From positions 65 through 64,064 of the forward strand of contig JAEZLP010000030.1 in the NCBI GenBank assembly GCA_023415235.1: a DNA stretch of 64,000 nt. The letters are read 5' to 3'. The DNA comes from Bacillota bacterium (lineage in GTDB: Bacteria; Bacillota; Clostridia; Peptostreptococcales; Anaerovoracaceae). A program made the translations under genes and the position numbers. A model generated the notes under the pieces. The model ran no database searches, was not told where the DNA came from, and saw only the letters and a program-made list of their open reading frames with translations. Shown here piece after piece: positions 1 to 8,906 of this stretch; the first letter of the stretch is position 1; each line of letters opens with the position of its first letter.

Positions 1-33
1 ACAGCTCCCGATGGCTATCGGGAGCTGTTATTA
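1..33 (+). terminator. Terminator-like hairpin of an upstream off-window gene
   Basis: Perfect 12-bp inverted repeat acagctcccgat / atcgggagctgt (1-12 and 17-28) with a 4-nt loop. The trailing T-run (tattat) is weak. Confidence 0.4.
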
Positions 34-132
34 TGTCAAGGTGTACATTATTTGACGCTTACATTCATGTCCGGAGTTTCCGTGCATATTTATAGAAGTG
101 GAACGCGTTTTGCGTTACTTCTCACGAAGGAA

Positions 133-1434
133 ATGGCTTCCATGAATGTGATTCAATTTGACGAAAGTTTTCTGTTTGGAGCTGCCTCCTCCAGCACGCA
201 GATTGAAGGAGGCGATACGGGCAATACTTGGTATCGATGGTGCAGCCAGCCGGGACGAATCGCTGATTCCTCAACCTGTTTCAGGGCTTGCGATCACTGG
301 AACAGAGTAGAGGAGGATGTAAAAATCCTTTCCAGTCTGTACATAAAGACGTATCGCATGAGCTTTGAGTGGAGCAGGATTGAGCCTGAGCCCGGCGTTT
401 TTTCAGAGAATGCGATCCAGCATTACCGGGATGAAATCGCACTGCTTCTGAAATACGGAATCAGACCGCTTGTGACGCTGCACCATTTTTCGGAGCCTCT
501 ATGGTTCATCGATTCGGGAGGATGGGAGAAGCATGAGAATATCAATTTGTTTCTCCGGTATGTGGAGCATATCATAGATCGTTTCGGTGATCTGGTCAGC
601 GATTGGGTCACCTTCAACGAGCCGAATGTTTATACGGTATTCGGATATATTCTTGGTATTTTCCCGCCGGGAGAAAAAAAGCCTAAGAAGGGGATTGCGC
701 TGATTCCCGCGCTGATATCTGCCCATTGTGGCGCATATCAAATCATACACAGAGTCAGAAGGGAAAAGGGGTTTCCTGGTGAGACCAAGGTGGGGCTCGC
801 CATGCATATCAGAATATTTGACGGAATCACTCCAGTTGGGAAAGCAACAGCGGGAATCGTCGACTACATATTTCACAGAATTTTTCTTTCCGGATTTTTG
901 AAGGGGCGGTTGCTGTTTCCGTTAAAGCAGAAAACGGCAAAGATGAAAAAGGGAAATTACGCCGATTTTTTAGGGATCAACTATTATACCCGGAATATCG
1001 TTGAATTTGTTTTTGATCCCACAATCTACTTTTACCGGTTTATCAACGACAGCCTTCTAAACCGGTCTGATCTGGGCTGGGATATCTATCCTAAGGGAAT
1101 CTATAGAGCATGCAAACGATATTATAAAAAATACCGGTTTCCTGTCTATATTACGGAAAACGGGATCAGTGACAAAAAAGACGACAGAAGACCCGGATTT
1201 ATCATGGATCATCTTGCCCAGATCCGAAAAGCAATCGATGAAGGCATCCCGGTTGAACGCTATTATCACTGGTCCCATATGGACAATTTTGAATGGAATG
1301 AGGGAGAACAGGGATATTTCGGGCTTTATCGCTGTGATTTCGAAACCCAAATCCGTACACCTCAATACAGTGCAAAGCTGTATGCGGAAATTTGCAGGAA
1401 AAAAGAATTCAGCTATGGGGATTGTCAGTTTTAG
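133..1434 (+). CDS. Glycoside hydrolase family 1 (beta-glucosidase / 6-phospho-beta-glucosidase type)
   Basis: GH1 motifs are present: FLFGAASSSTQIEGG, YRMSFEWSRIEP, TFNEPNV (acid/base Glu), YITENG (nucleophile Glu) and DNFEW. Start moved to the ATG at 133, which follows GAAGG; the track ORF begins at 52. Confidence 0.85.
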   Translation: MASMNVIQFDESFLFGAASSSTQIEGGDTGNTWYRWCSQPGRIADSSTCFRACDHWNRVEEDVKILSSLYIKTYRMSFEWSRIEPEPGVFSENAIQHYRDEIALLLKYGIRPLVTLHHFSEPLWFIDSGGWEKHENINLFLRYVEHIIDRFGDLVSDWVTFNEPNVYTVFGYILGIFPPGEKKPKKGIALIPALISAHCGAYQIIHRVRREKGFPGETKVGLAMHIRIFDGITPVGKATAGIVDYIFHRIFLSGFLKGRLLFPLKQKTAKMKKGNYADFLGINYYTRNIVEFVFDPTIYFYRFINDSLLNRSDLGWDIYPKGIYRACKRYYKKYRFPVYITENGISDKKDDRRPGFIMDHLAQIRKAIDEGIPVERYYHWSHMDNFEWNEGEQGYFGLYRCDFETQIRTPQYSAKLYAEICRKKEFSYGDCQF

Positions 1435-1494
1435 AGAAGGGAATTACGGGTAAAATATCAGCAAAGAGAACGGATGAGGGGGGAGAGTAGAATA

Positions 1495-1818
1495 ATGAAG
1501 CGATCCTATAATAAATTGGTCAGAGACAGGATTCCTCAGTTAATCAAAGAGAGCGGAAGAAACTGCAGTACCCGAATTCTGGATGAAGATGAGTACTTTG
1601 ATGCGCTATTGGACAAAATCGTTGAGGAAATTGAAGAATACCGGGCCAGCGGCAATGAAGAAGAACTGGCTGACGTATACGAGGTTCTGGATTGCCTTGT
1701 GCAGCTCAAGGAATACGAACCGATGCATATTGATTATCTTAAATTGATCAGAAGGGAAGCCCGGGGCTCCTTCAAAGAACGGGTGCTGCTGATCGATGTT
1801 GATGATACGGTTGGTTGA
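1495..1818 (+). CDS. MazG-like nucleoside triphosphate pyrophosphohydrolase family protein (phosphoribosyl-ATP pyrophosphohydrolase-like)
   Basis: N-terminal YNKLVRDRIPQLI and an EE-rich helix (EEIEEY...EELADVYEVL) are typical of small all-alpha MazG-like proteins. The ATG at 1495 follows a GAGGGGGGAG RBS. Confidence 0.6.
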   Translation: MKRSYNKLVRDRIPQLIKESGRNCSTRILDEDEYFDALLDKIVEEIEEYRASGNEEELADVYEVLDCLVQLKEYEPMHIDYLKLIRREARGSFKERVLLIDVDDTVG

Positions 1819-1894
1819 TAGAATTTTTTAGCTATTCCAATGCCGACCAAATCCATGCTCATGTTTTGTATTAGTTGATGATAAGGGGGAGTAA

Positions 1895-2320
1895 ATGTTG
1901 AAAAGAATTCTTGTTCCTATCGACGGCTCAAAACATTCTGATCTGGCCATAAAAAAAGCAAAGGAGCTGGCCGAGACATACGGCAGCACGGTGGTACTGC
2001 TCACTGTAAATGATTTTCACCATCATATGTTCAACTACAACGCAGGAGTAGAAGAAAATTTCGTTGAGCTTTTTGATCAGATGTCGGATAATATTCTGGA
2101 AAGCGGCAGGGAGAAGCTGGCCTCACTTGGCGACAGGGTTGATACGGTTAAATTGGAAGGAGGCGTAGCCAATAAAATTATAGAGTATGCCAATGCGAAT
2201 GACTTTGATCTCGTCATTATCGGATCACACGGGAAGGGAGCGATTAAAGAATTTCTCATGGGCGGTGTTGCCCATAAGATCATTCTGCATGTCAATAAAC
2301 CGGTCCTGGTCGCAAGATAA
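1895..2320 (+). CDS. Universal stress protein (UspA family)
   Basis: ILVPIDGS start, the C-terminal DLVIIGSHGKGAIKEFLMGGVAHKI nucleotide-binding motif, and an RBS AAGGGGGAG. Confidence 0.85.
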   Translation: MLKRILVPIDGSKHSDLAIKKAKELAETYGSTVVLLTVNDFHHHMFNYNAGVEENFVELFDQMSDNILESGREKLASLGDRVDTVKLEGGVANKIIEYANANDFDLVIIGSHGKGAIKEFLMGGVAHKIILHVNKPVLVAR

Positions 2321-2340
2321 AGCGACGGAATAGTTCAAGA

Positions 2341-2400
2341 AGAGAAAAGTAAAGTAAAGTGAAGAAGAGTAAAGAAGAGTAAAGAAGAGTAAAGAAGAGA
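2341..2400. repeat. Purine-rich 10-bp tandem repeat (aaagaagagt and degenerate copies)
   Basis: Three perfect and about three degenerate copies can be read directly at 2341-2400, between the usp stop and its terminator. Stops occur in all frames. Confidence 0.8.
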
Positions 2401-2417
2401 AGCCATCCTATCTGTAA

Positions 2418-2448
2418 ATCTGCAAAACATGTTTTGCAGATTTTTTTT
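2418..2448 (+). terminator. Rho-independent terminator
   Basis: Stem atctgcaaaac / gttttgcagat followed by a T8 run. Confidence 0.85.
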
Positions 2449-2497
2449 AATGGATTGAGCAATACTATTTTTATGGCGGATTGAAAGGAGCAAATCT

Positions 2498-3835
2498 ATG
2501 GAAAAACGTCACAGCGGATTGTCAGCATGGCAGCTTTCGATGATGGCCATCGGTACGGTGATCGGGGGATCATTTTTTCTCGGGTCCTCAGTAGCAATCC
2601 ACGCAGCCGGGCCATCCATATTATTGTCATACATTCTCGGGGGAGTGCTGATCTTCTTTATCTTGTATGCTTTGTCCGAAATGACGGTAGCAAATCCTGA
2701 TGCAGGCTCGTTTCGCACCTTTGCTGCAAGCGCCTATGGCAATGGGGTCGGATTTGTTGTGGGCTGGGTCTACTGGACGGGCATGGTTCTGGCTATGTCC
2801 AGCGAAGCAACCGCCGCAGCCATTCTGATCCGGGAATGGCTGCCGGACCTTTCCATCTCAATCATGGGAACCGGGATTATCATTGGAGTCACATTGCTGA
2901 ACCTTTTGGGAGCGGACAAGTTAAGCAAACTGGAAAGCGGTCTTGCTGCGCTGAAACTATTGGCGATCGCCTCCTTTATCATCATTGCGTTATTGCTGAT
3001 TCTGGGACTTGTTTTCAGAACGGAACCCATAGGAACCGGCGCTGTATTCGGCGAGCCCCTGATGCCGGGAGGAATCAAAAGCATTGCCGGAAGTATGCTG
3101 ATCGTAGTTTTTTCATACGCCGGATTTGAAATAATCGGGCTTGCTGCTTCTGAAGCGAAAGATCCCCATAAAACAGTGCCCCGGGCGATCAACTATACCA
3201 TTGCAAGCCTTGTCTCCTTTTATATTATATCCGTAGCTGTGATGCTGCCTTTGATACCCACTGCAGAACTCAAGGAAGATGTAAGCCCGTATGTGGCCGC
3301 TTTGGAGCGGTGGGGAATCGATTGGGCCGGAACTGCCCTGAATATTGTTCTGGTCACTGCGATTTTGTCAACCATGCTGGCGTCCATGTTTGGCCTGGGA
3401 AGAATGATTCGTTCTCTTGCCGATGAAAAACAGGCTCCATCCTGGCTGATCGACAAAAAGGATGTGCCGTATAGAGGCATTCTCTTTTCCGGATTCGCCA
3501 TGTTTTTGGGACTTGGAGTAGGCCTTCTGCTTCCTAAGGTATATCTGTTTCTAATCAGTTCGGGAGGCTTCGCGCTCCTGTTTACCTATGCAGTGATCCT
3601 GGCAACCCATATCCGCTTTCGAAAAAAGTTCGGGTGCCCGCCAAAAGGAAATTGTCAGATGCCCTGGTATCCATATACATCCTGGATTGCTCTTCTCTGC
3701 ATGGTGTTGATTCTTTTCAGCATGCCATTCCTGTCCGGACAAACCTCCGGGTTGATTGCCGGCTTGTCCATGATCCTGCTGTATACGAGCTGTTATTTCA
3801 TACAGAAGAAAATCCGGTTAAAACTCAATCATTAG
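2498..3835 (+). CDS. Amino acid permease (APC superfamily)
   Basis: About 12 predicted TM segments. The N-terminal MMAIGTVIGGSFFLGSS and the FSYAGFEIIGLAASEAKDP motif are typical of AAT-family amino acid transporters. RBS AAAGGAG. Confidence 0.85.
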   Translation: MEKRHSGLSAWQLSMMAIGTVIGGSFFLGSSVAIHAAGPSILLSYILGGVLIFFILYALSEMTVANPDAGSFRTFAASAYGNGVGFVVGWVYWTGMVLAMSSEATAAAILIREWLPDLSISIMGTGIIIGVTLLNLLGADKLSKLESGLAALKLLAIASFIIIALLLILGLVFRTEPIGTGAVFGEPLMPGGIKSIAGSMLIVVFSYAGFEIIGLAASEAKDPHKTVPRAINYTIASLVSFYIISVAVMLPLIPTAELKEDVSPYVAALERWGIDWAGTALNIVLVTAILSTMLASMFGLGRMIRSLADEKQAPSWLIDKKDVPYRGILFSGFAMFLGLGVGLLLPKVYLFLISSGGFALLFTYAVILATHIRFRKKFGCPPKGNCQMPWYPYTSWIALLCMVLILFSMPFLSGQTSGLIAGLSMILLYTSCYFIQKKIRLKLNH

Positions 3836-3922
3836 AGAAATTCCAATTATTAGCGGATGAATCTCATTCCGGATTTTTATATGATAGAAGTGTCTGATTT
3901 CTACGATCCGGAGGGTGATTTC

Positions 3923-5047
3923 TTGCGCAGTCGTCTTTCTTTCATGCAAATATATAAGAGAACAATTCTGTTTACACTGGCATGTCTGTCATTATCGCTG
4001 GTGCTTATTCTGTTGTCCAGATATGCGGAGGGGTTTGCCCAATGGTATGCCGTGACGATTTATCCTGTATTCCTAATTACTGTGGGCAGATTATCTTCTC
4101 TTTGGGATCATTCCATCTTTGAAGCGGCCTTCATTTCCACCTTGCTTCTTTGCTGTTTTTTGGCTGCTGCGGGGTTATGTATCATGCTCAGAAGGCATCC
4201 CTTACGGAAATCATTTCTTTCCGCCGTTCTGCGTTCATTGTCCTGTATCACCGCAGGGCTGATTCTTGTCTACTCCCTTACCTGTTCGATCAACTACCAT
4301 CGCGACGGGATCGGTACTGTGTTCAAGCTGCCGGAAGAGGAGGCGACAATAGAGAATCTGGTCAAACTGAGCTATATTCTTGCCGATGAACTGAGCAGTT
4401 TGACCAGTGATCCAGATTGGGATTACAGCCTGCTGACGATAGATGATACAGCCTACATCGAGATGGAGGCAATCGGTACGATGAAGCAGCTCGGAAAGCG
4501 GGAAGCTTCCTTGTCCGGATATTATCCGAAGCCGAAGCCTATTTACTTTTCCAGGCAGCTTTCCAAACTAGGAATCGAAGGCGTCTTTTCGCCATTTACG
4601 GTTGAAGCGAATTATAACAGTGATATTACTCCCTTTTTGATGCCATATACCATTTGTCACGAATTGGCCCACTTGAAAGGATATATGAGGGAAGACGATG
4701 CGGGATACATCGCCTATCTTGCCTGCCGGAATTCTCCGTCCTTGGTGTTTCAATACAGCGGGATATTCCGTGCCCTGATTTTTACCATGGACGCACTGAA
4801 ATCGGAGGCTGGGGAAACGGAATTCAACGGGATTTTCCAGAAGCTTCCAGAACCAGTCAGAATGCAGTTGAGTTACATAAAGCTGAAGAACAGTCAATAT
4901 TCCTCGTCCTATTTATCTGTAGCAAAAAAAGTCAACAATGCTTATTTGAAAGCAAATTCGCAGCCAGGCATAAAAAGCTATGGCAGGATCGTGGAACTGC
5001 TTCTCTCAGATCATGCGGAAAAAATCAACGGAGAAAACCTTCTGTAA
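3923..5047 (+). CDS. DUF3810-like membrane protein with an HExxH zinc-metallopeptidase motif
   Basis: N-terminal TM helices plus CHELAHLKGYMREDDAGYIAYLAC. A TTG at 3923 lies 8 nt after GGAGG and is preferred; the ATGs at 3857, 3881 and 3944 have no RBS. Confidence 0.6.
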   Translation: MRSRLSFMQIYKRTILFTLACLSLSLVLILLSRYAEGFAQWYAVTIYPVFLITVGRLSSLWDHSIFEAAFISTLLLCCFLAAAGLCIMLRRHPLRKSFLSAVLRSLSCITAGLILVYSLTCSINYHRDGIGTVFKLPEEEATIENLVKLSYILADELSSLTSDPDWDYSLLTIDDTAYIEMEAIGTMKQLGKREASLSGYYPKPKPIYFSRQLSKLGIEGVFSPFTVEANYNSDITPFLMPYTICHELAHLKGYMREDDAGYIAYLACRNSPSLVFQYSGIFRALIFTMDALKSEAGETEFNGIFQKLPEPVRMQLSYIKLKNSQYSSSYLSVAKKVNNAYLKANSQPGIKSYGRIVELLLSDHAEKINGENLL

Positions 5048-5155
5048 TGGTATAGAGCCTTTTTACATTGCTTCGTATCGATTTCTCGGACTCATCTTAT
5101 ATAATTGGAAAAATTGAACATACTACTGGAAGAAAAATAATCTAGGAGGATGCTT

Positions 5156-7072
5156 ATGACGGATAAGATATCACAAAAGATGGGCGAGAGAGTGAGCTAC
5201 CATGATTCCGTAGAAGAGATGCTCATCAGAATCAGAGACGACGGACTGTCCAGTGTATTTTCGAGGTGGGATCCACAGGAAAAAATACGATGTAATTTTT
5301 GTATGGCAGGATTGAGTTGCTGGTTGTGCACCAACGGACCCTGCAGAATCAATGAGAAGACTGGCGCGGAAAAGGGAGCTTGCGGCATCGGCCCTGACGC
5401 TATGGCCATGAGAAATATGCTGATTAGAAATATTATGGGAGCGGCGACCTACGGACACCACGCATATGAAGCATTTCGCACCCTGAAAGCAACCGGCGAA
5501 GGTAAGACTCCATTCCGGATTAAGGACGAGGAAAAACTGAAGCAGCTATGCGCTGCTGTCGGCATCGTAAGCAACCAGGACATCAGCCAGCTTGCGATTC
5601 AGCTGGCTGATTTCTTCGATCGTGAGCTGAAGGTGACGCCGGATGAGGAAAGCAAAATGGTTGAGATCTTTGCGCCTCAGAAAAGGAAGCCTCTCTGGAA
5701 GGAGCTGAATATCTACCCCTCGGGAATACAGCATGAGGTGGAAAATTCCATCGCCAGCTGCCTGACCAATGTGGACGGAGACTATGTCTCGCTGGCGAAA
5801 AAGGCTCTGCGCCTGGGACTTTCCACAATTTACACCGCGCAAATCGGTCTTGAAATGACCCAGGATATTCTATTCGGCACACCGATGCCCCATGAAGTTA
5901 ATGTGGATTTGGGAATCATGGATCCGAATTATGTCAACATCGCCTTCAACGGACACCAGCCGTGGATCGGCGCAGCTACGCTTCAAAAGGCAAAAAAGCC
6001 GGAATATCAGGAAATGGCGAAAAAAGCAGACGCGAAAGGACTTCGGGTAGTCGGATCCATCGAAACCGGCCAAGAGCTGCTCCAGCGATTTGAAATGGAT
6101 GACGTTTTCGTCGGTTTAATGGGAAACTGGCTTGCGATCGAGCCTTTTTTAGCTACCGGGACCGTGGATGCTTTGGTCATGGAGGAGAACTGTTCTCCGC
6201 CTGCCATCGACCAGTATGCAGAGAAATATCAGGTGGCGCTGATCAGTGTCAGCACCATCATCGGTGTTCCGGGAACAGAAATCGAAATGCCGTATTATCC
6301 TCAAAAAGCAGATGAGATGGCGGAAAAATGCATTCAAGCGGCGATCGAGAATTTCAAGAAGCGGCATGGAAGAATTAAACCGATGGTGCCGCACCACATT
6401 ACAAAAGCCATTGCCGGATTTTCGACGGAGGCCGTGTTAGGAGCCATAGGAAACAATCTGGACAATCTGGTCGATGTGATCGCCAAAGGACAGATCAAGG
6501 GCGTGGTGGCCCTGGCAAATTGTTCGACGCTGAGAAACGGACCTCAGGACTGGAATACGGTTTCCATTACGAAAGAATTGATCAAAGGAGACATCCTCGT
6601 TGTGGCCGGAGGCTGCGGAAACCATGCGCTAGAGGTCGCAGGTCTTTGCAATCTCGATGCGATCGATCTGGCCGGTGAAGGTCTCCAGAGTGTTTGCAGA
6701 GCGCTGAACATTCCTCCGGTTTTGAGCTTCGGAACCTGTACGGATACGGGAAGAATCTCTATGCTGGTAACCGCTCTGGCCGATCATCTGAATCTGGATG
6801 TCTCAGATCTGCCGATTGCCGTCACCGCCCCGGAATGGATGGAGCAGAAAGCCACAATCGACGCGCTTTTCGCCATCGCATACGGCGCGTATACCCACCT
6901 GTCTCCGACGCCTTTCATAACGGGAGCTCCAAAGCTGGTCAAGCTGTTGACAGAAGATGTGGAGTCCTTGACAGGCGGAAAGGTTGCCCTGGGAGACGAT
7001 CCGGTGGAAGCTGCCAAGGGGATCAAGGCTCATATTCTTAAGAAGAGACAGGGAATGGGTTTAAAAGAGTAA
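5156..7072 (+). CDS. cooS: Anaerobic Ni-Fe carbon monoxide dehydrogenase catalytic subunit
   Basis: N-terminal Cys cluster CNFCMAGLSCWLCTNGPCRI...ACG. Candidate C-cluster ligand contexts are NGHQPW, ENCSPP, LANCSTL, GGCGNH and FGTCTD. Length is about 640 aa. The ATG at 5156 is 6 nt after AGGAGG; the ATG at 5150 abuts the RBS. Confidence 0.9.
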   Translation: MTDKISQKMGERVSYHDSVEEMLIRIRDDGLSSVFSRWDPQEKIRCNFCMAGLSCWLCTNGPCRINEKTGAEKGACGIGPDAMAMRNMLIRNIMGAATYGHHAYEAFRTLKATGEGKTPFRIKDEEKLKQLCAAVGIVSNQDISQLAIQLADFFDRELKVTPDEESKMVEIFAPQKRKPLWKELNIYPSGIQHEVENSIASCLTNVDGDYVSLAKKALRLGLSTIYTAQIGLEMTQDILFGTPMPHEVNVDLGIMDPNYVNIAFNGHQPWIGAATLQKAKKPEYQEMAKKADAKGLRVVGSIETGQELLQRFEMDDVFVGLMGNWLAIEPFLATGTVDALVMEENCSPPAIDQYAEKYQVALISVSTIIGVPGTEIEMPYYPQKADEMAEKCIQAAIENFKKRHGRIKPMVPHHITKAIAGFSTEAVLGAIGNNLDNLVDVIAKGQIKGVVALANCSTLRNGPQDWNTVSITKELIKGDILVVAGGCGNHALEVAGLCNLDAIDLAGEGLQSVCRALNIPPVLSFGTCTDTGRISMLVTALADHLNLDVSDLPIAVTAPEWMEQKATIDALFAIAYGAYTHLSPTPFITGAPKLVKLLTEDVESLTGGKVALGDDPVEAAKGIKAHILKKRQGMGLKE

Positions 7073-7086
7073 AACTCCATAAAAGA

Positions 7087-7130
7087 GAAACCGGCCGGCC
7101 CAAAAGGTCAAAGAAAGGCCGGTTTTTCTG
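7087..7130 (+). terminator. Probable terminator after cooS
   Basis: GC-rich stem gaaaccggcc / ggccggtttt with a long loop and a trailing T-run. Confidence 0.55.
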
Positions 7131-7213
7131 TACTTATCCGTATTTTGGCAATGTGGAATATGGGAATTGTGCTTCCTCCGCAAAATAATTTTCCTTCACT
7201 GGCAAATTAATCC

Positions 7214-7242
7214 TTGTAATTTCCAATTGTTGCCGATAGAAT
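7214..7242 (+). promoter_or_regulatory. Candidate sigma-A promoter for the LysM peptidase gene
   Basis: TTGTAA (7214-7219), a 17-nt spacer, then TAGAAT (7237-7242). Confidence 0.35.
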
Positions 7243-7309
7243 AAATTAAATGTATTCACAAATTTCAGAAAATAGGCACTCAGTGCCGGAATCAGTTAAG
7301 GAGGGAAAC

Positions 7310-8464
7310 ATGAAAAAAACTCTGATCTTTTTACTAACCATAGTCTTGGTCATGACAGTTTCCATCGGAAGCGCTTTCGCCGGAGAATATACCGTAAAAT
7401 CCGGAGACGTCCTTTGGAAAATCGCACGGGATCTCAACGTACCCATGAGTACATTGATTACAATCAACAAGATCAAGGATCCCAACTTAATCTATACCGG
7501 TCAGGTCTTGAAGACTTCAGCCGACAGCAGCGCCGCACCGGCTGTGGCAAGCGACAACGATACGTCTAGCGGCAATGCACAAACCCCGGTCACACCGGCG
7601 GAAAAAGCGAGGCCACAGATGATCGAATACAAGATCGATATTGACGAAAACGGCGGTGCAGATGCCTATGATAACAGCGGTGACAATCCTGACTCCAAAT
7701 ACTATGTTAATCCTGATTTTTACAACATGAAATCAGATGACCAGCTGACAATCATCAGCAATTTTAAAACAATCCAGCAGACATCCGAGTGGTCTTGCGG
7801 AAATGCCGCTACACTGATGGTTCTGGAGCATTTCGGAGTACATGATTACAGCGAATGGGATATCGCTGTAAAATCCAATGCCGGTGTCGATCTTGACGTT
7901 CCCGGCTCCGAACCCGGATCTGCCAACAACTACCCGGAATACGGAACTTCGGTGGATGATATCGTAAGATTCTTCAACACTATAAAGGGATTCAAGATTG
8001 TTGATACAAGCTATAAGGCAGATTACAAGGCCAGCGATCTTATCCAGGAGGGTGATACCAGCGTTCCTTCCGCCGAGTGGGGAAATCTTCCCGGCAAATT
8101 CAACTCCGTATCTCTATATGCGTCGGAAAATGATCCGAATACGGAAAAATGGGTGGATGATGCCAAGGATTCCTATTTTGTGAAATGGATAACCGGACAC
8201 CTGAAGGCCAACAGACCGATCCTGGTTGAATGGTGCGATTGGGACGGACACTGGCAGGCGATCATCGGCTATGACACTCAGGGGACGCCCAGTCTTGGAG
8301 ATGATATTATTATTTTCGCCGATCCTTATGATACCTCTGACCATTGGCAGGACGGCTACTACTACTATCCGGCTGAAAGATGGTTCTACATGTGGTCCGA
8401 CAGAGCAGTGGCACCAAAGCCTTATCAGCTGCAGCCCTATATCGTAGTTGAACCTGTGAAGTAG
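7310..8464 (+). CDS. Secreted LysM-domain protein with a C-terminal C39-like (papain-fold) cysteine peptidase domain
   Basis: Signal peptide MKKTLIFLLTIVLVMTVSIGSAFA, then a LysM domain (YTVKSGDVLWKIARDLNV...INKIKDPNLIYTGQVL). The C-terminal domain has QTSEWSCGNAATLMVLEHFG (Cys) and GHWQAIIGYD (His). RBS AAGGAGGG precedes the ATG at 7310. Confidence 0.65.
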   Translation: MKKTLIFLLTIVLVMTVSIGSAFAGEYTVKSGDVLWKIARDLNVPMSTLITINKIKDPNLIYTGQVLKTSADSSAAPAVASDNDTSSGNAQTPVTPAEKARPQMIEYKIDIDENGGADAYDNSGDNPDSKYYVNPDFYNMKSDDQLTIISNFKTIQQTSEWSCGNAATLMVLEHFGVHDYSEWDIAVKSNAGVDLDVPGSEPGSANNYPEYGTSVDDIVRFFNTIKGFKIVDTSYKADYKASDLIQEGDTSVPSAEWGNLPGKFNSVSLYASENDPNTEKWVDDAKDSYFVKWITGHLKANRPILVEWCDWDGHWQAIIGYDTQGTPSLGDDIIIFADPYDTSDHWQDGYYYYPAERWFYMWSDRAVAPKPYQLQPYIVVEPVK

Positions 8465-8485
8465 GCAGTAAACCTTCGATTCTCT

Positions 8486-8525
8486 GATCCCGTATTTTCT
8501 GCCACGAAAATACGGGATCTTTCTA
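8486..8525 (+). terminator. Rho-independent terminator
   Basis: 14-bp stem gatcccgtattttc / gaaaatacgggatc followed by tttct. Confidence 0.8.
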
Positions 8526-8544
8526 TATTTAAAAAATAATATGC

Positions 8545-8578
8545 AAAAACACTCAGTATTTGGGTGTTTTTTTTATAT
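8545..8578 (+). terminator. Second tandem terminator-like hairpin
   Basis: Stem aaaaacactca / tgggtgttttt (one G-U pair) followed by a long T-run. Confidence 0.5.
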
Positions 8579-8906
8579 CCTGCTGAAAAAGTCGCTCGTC
8601 ATTTCTGTTATTCGGTAACAACCTGTCAAAAACCCATGCATTTCAATACATAAGGGCAGAAAATGTAATATTATTTGATTTGAATTTCGCGTCTTATCGA
8701 TTAATAATATTGCCATAGAGGGGAGGGATATACGCAGTTAAGAGAGAGATTAATGGGATTACAGGGGGATTTTTGACAACTGAATAAAATGCTTGGAAAA
8801 ATAACTCCTTGTATCTTTTCGTCTCTTTCAAAAATAAAAGGTCTAAAAAAAATTCATGTTTAGACGCAGCACGAGAAATGAGATGAATGTAAAAGGAGGA
8901 TAGAAA

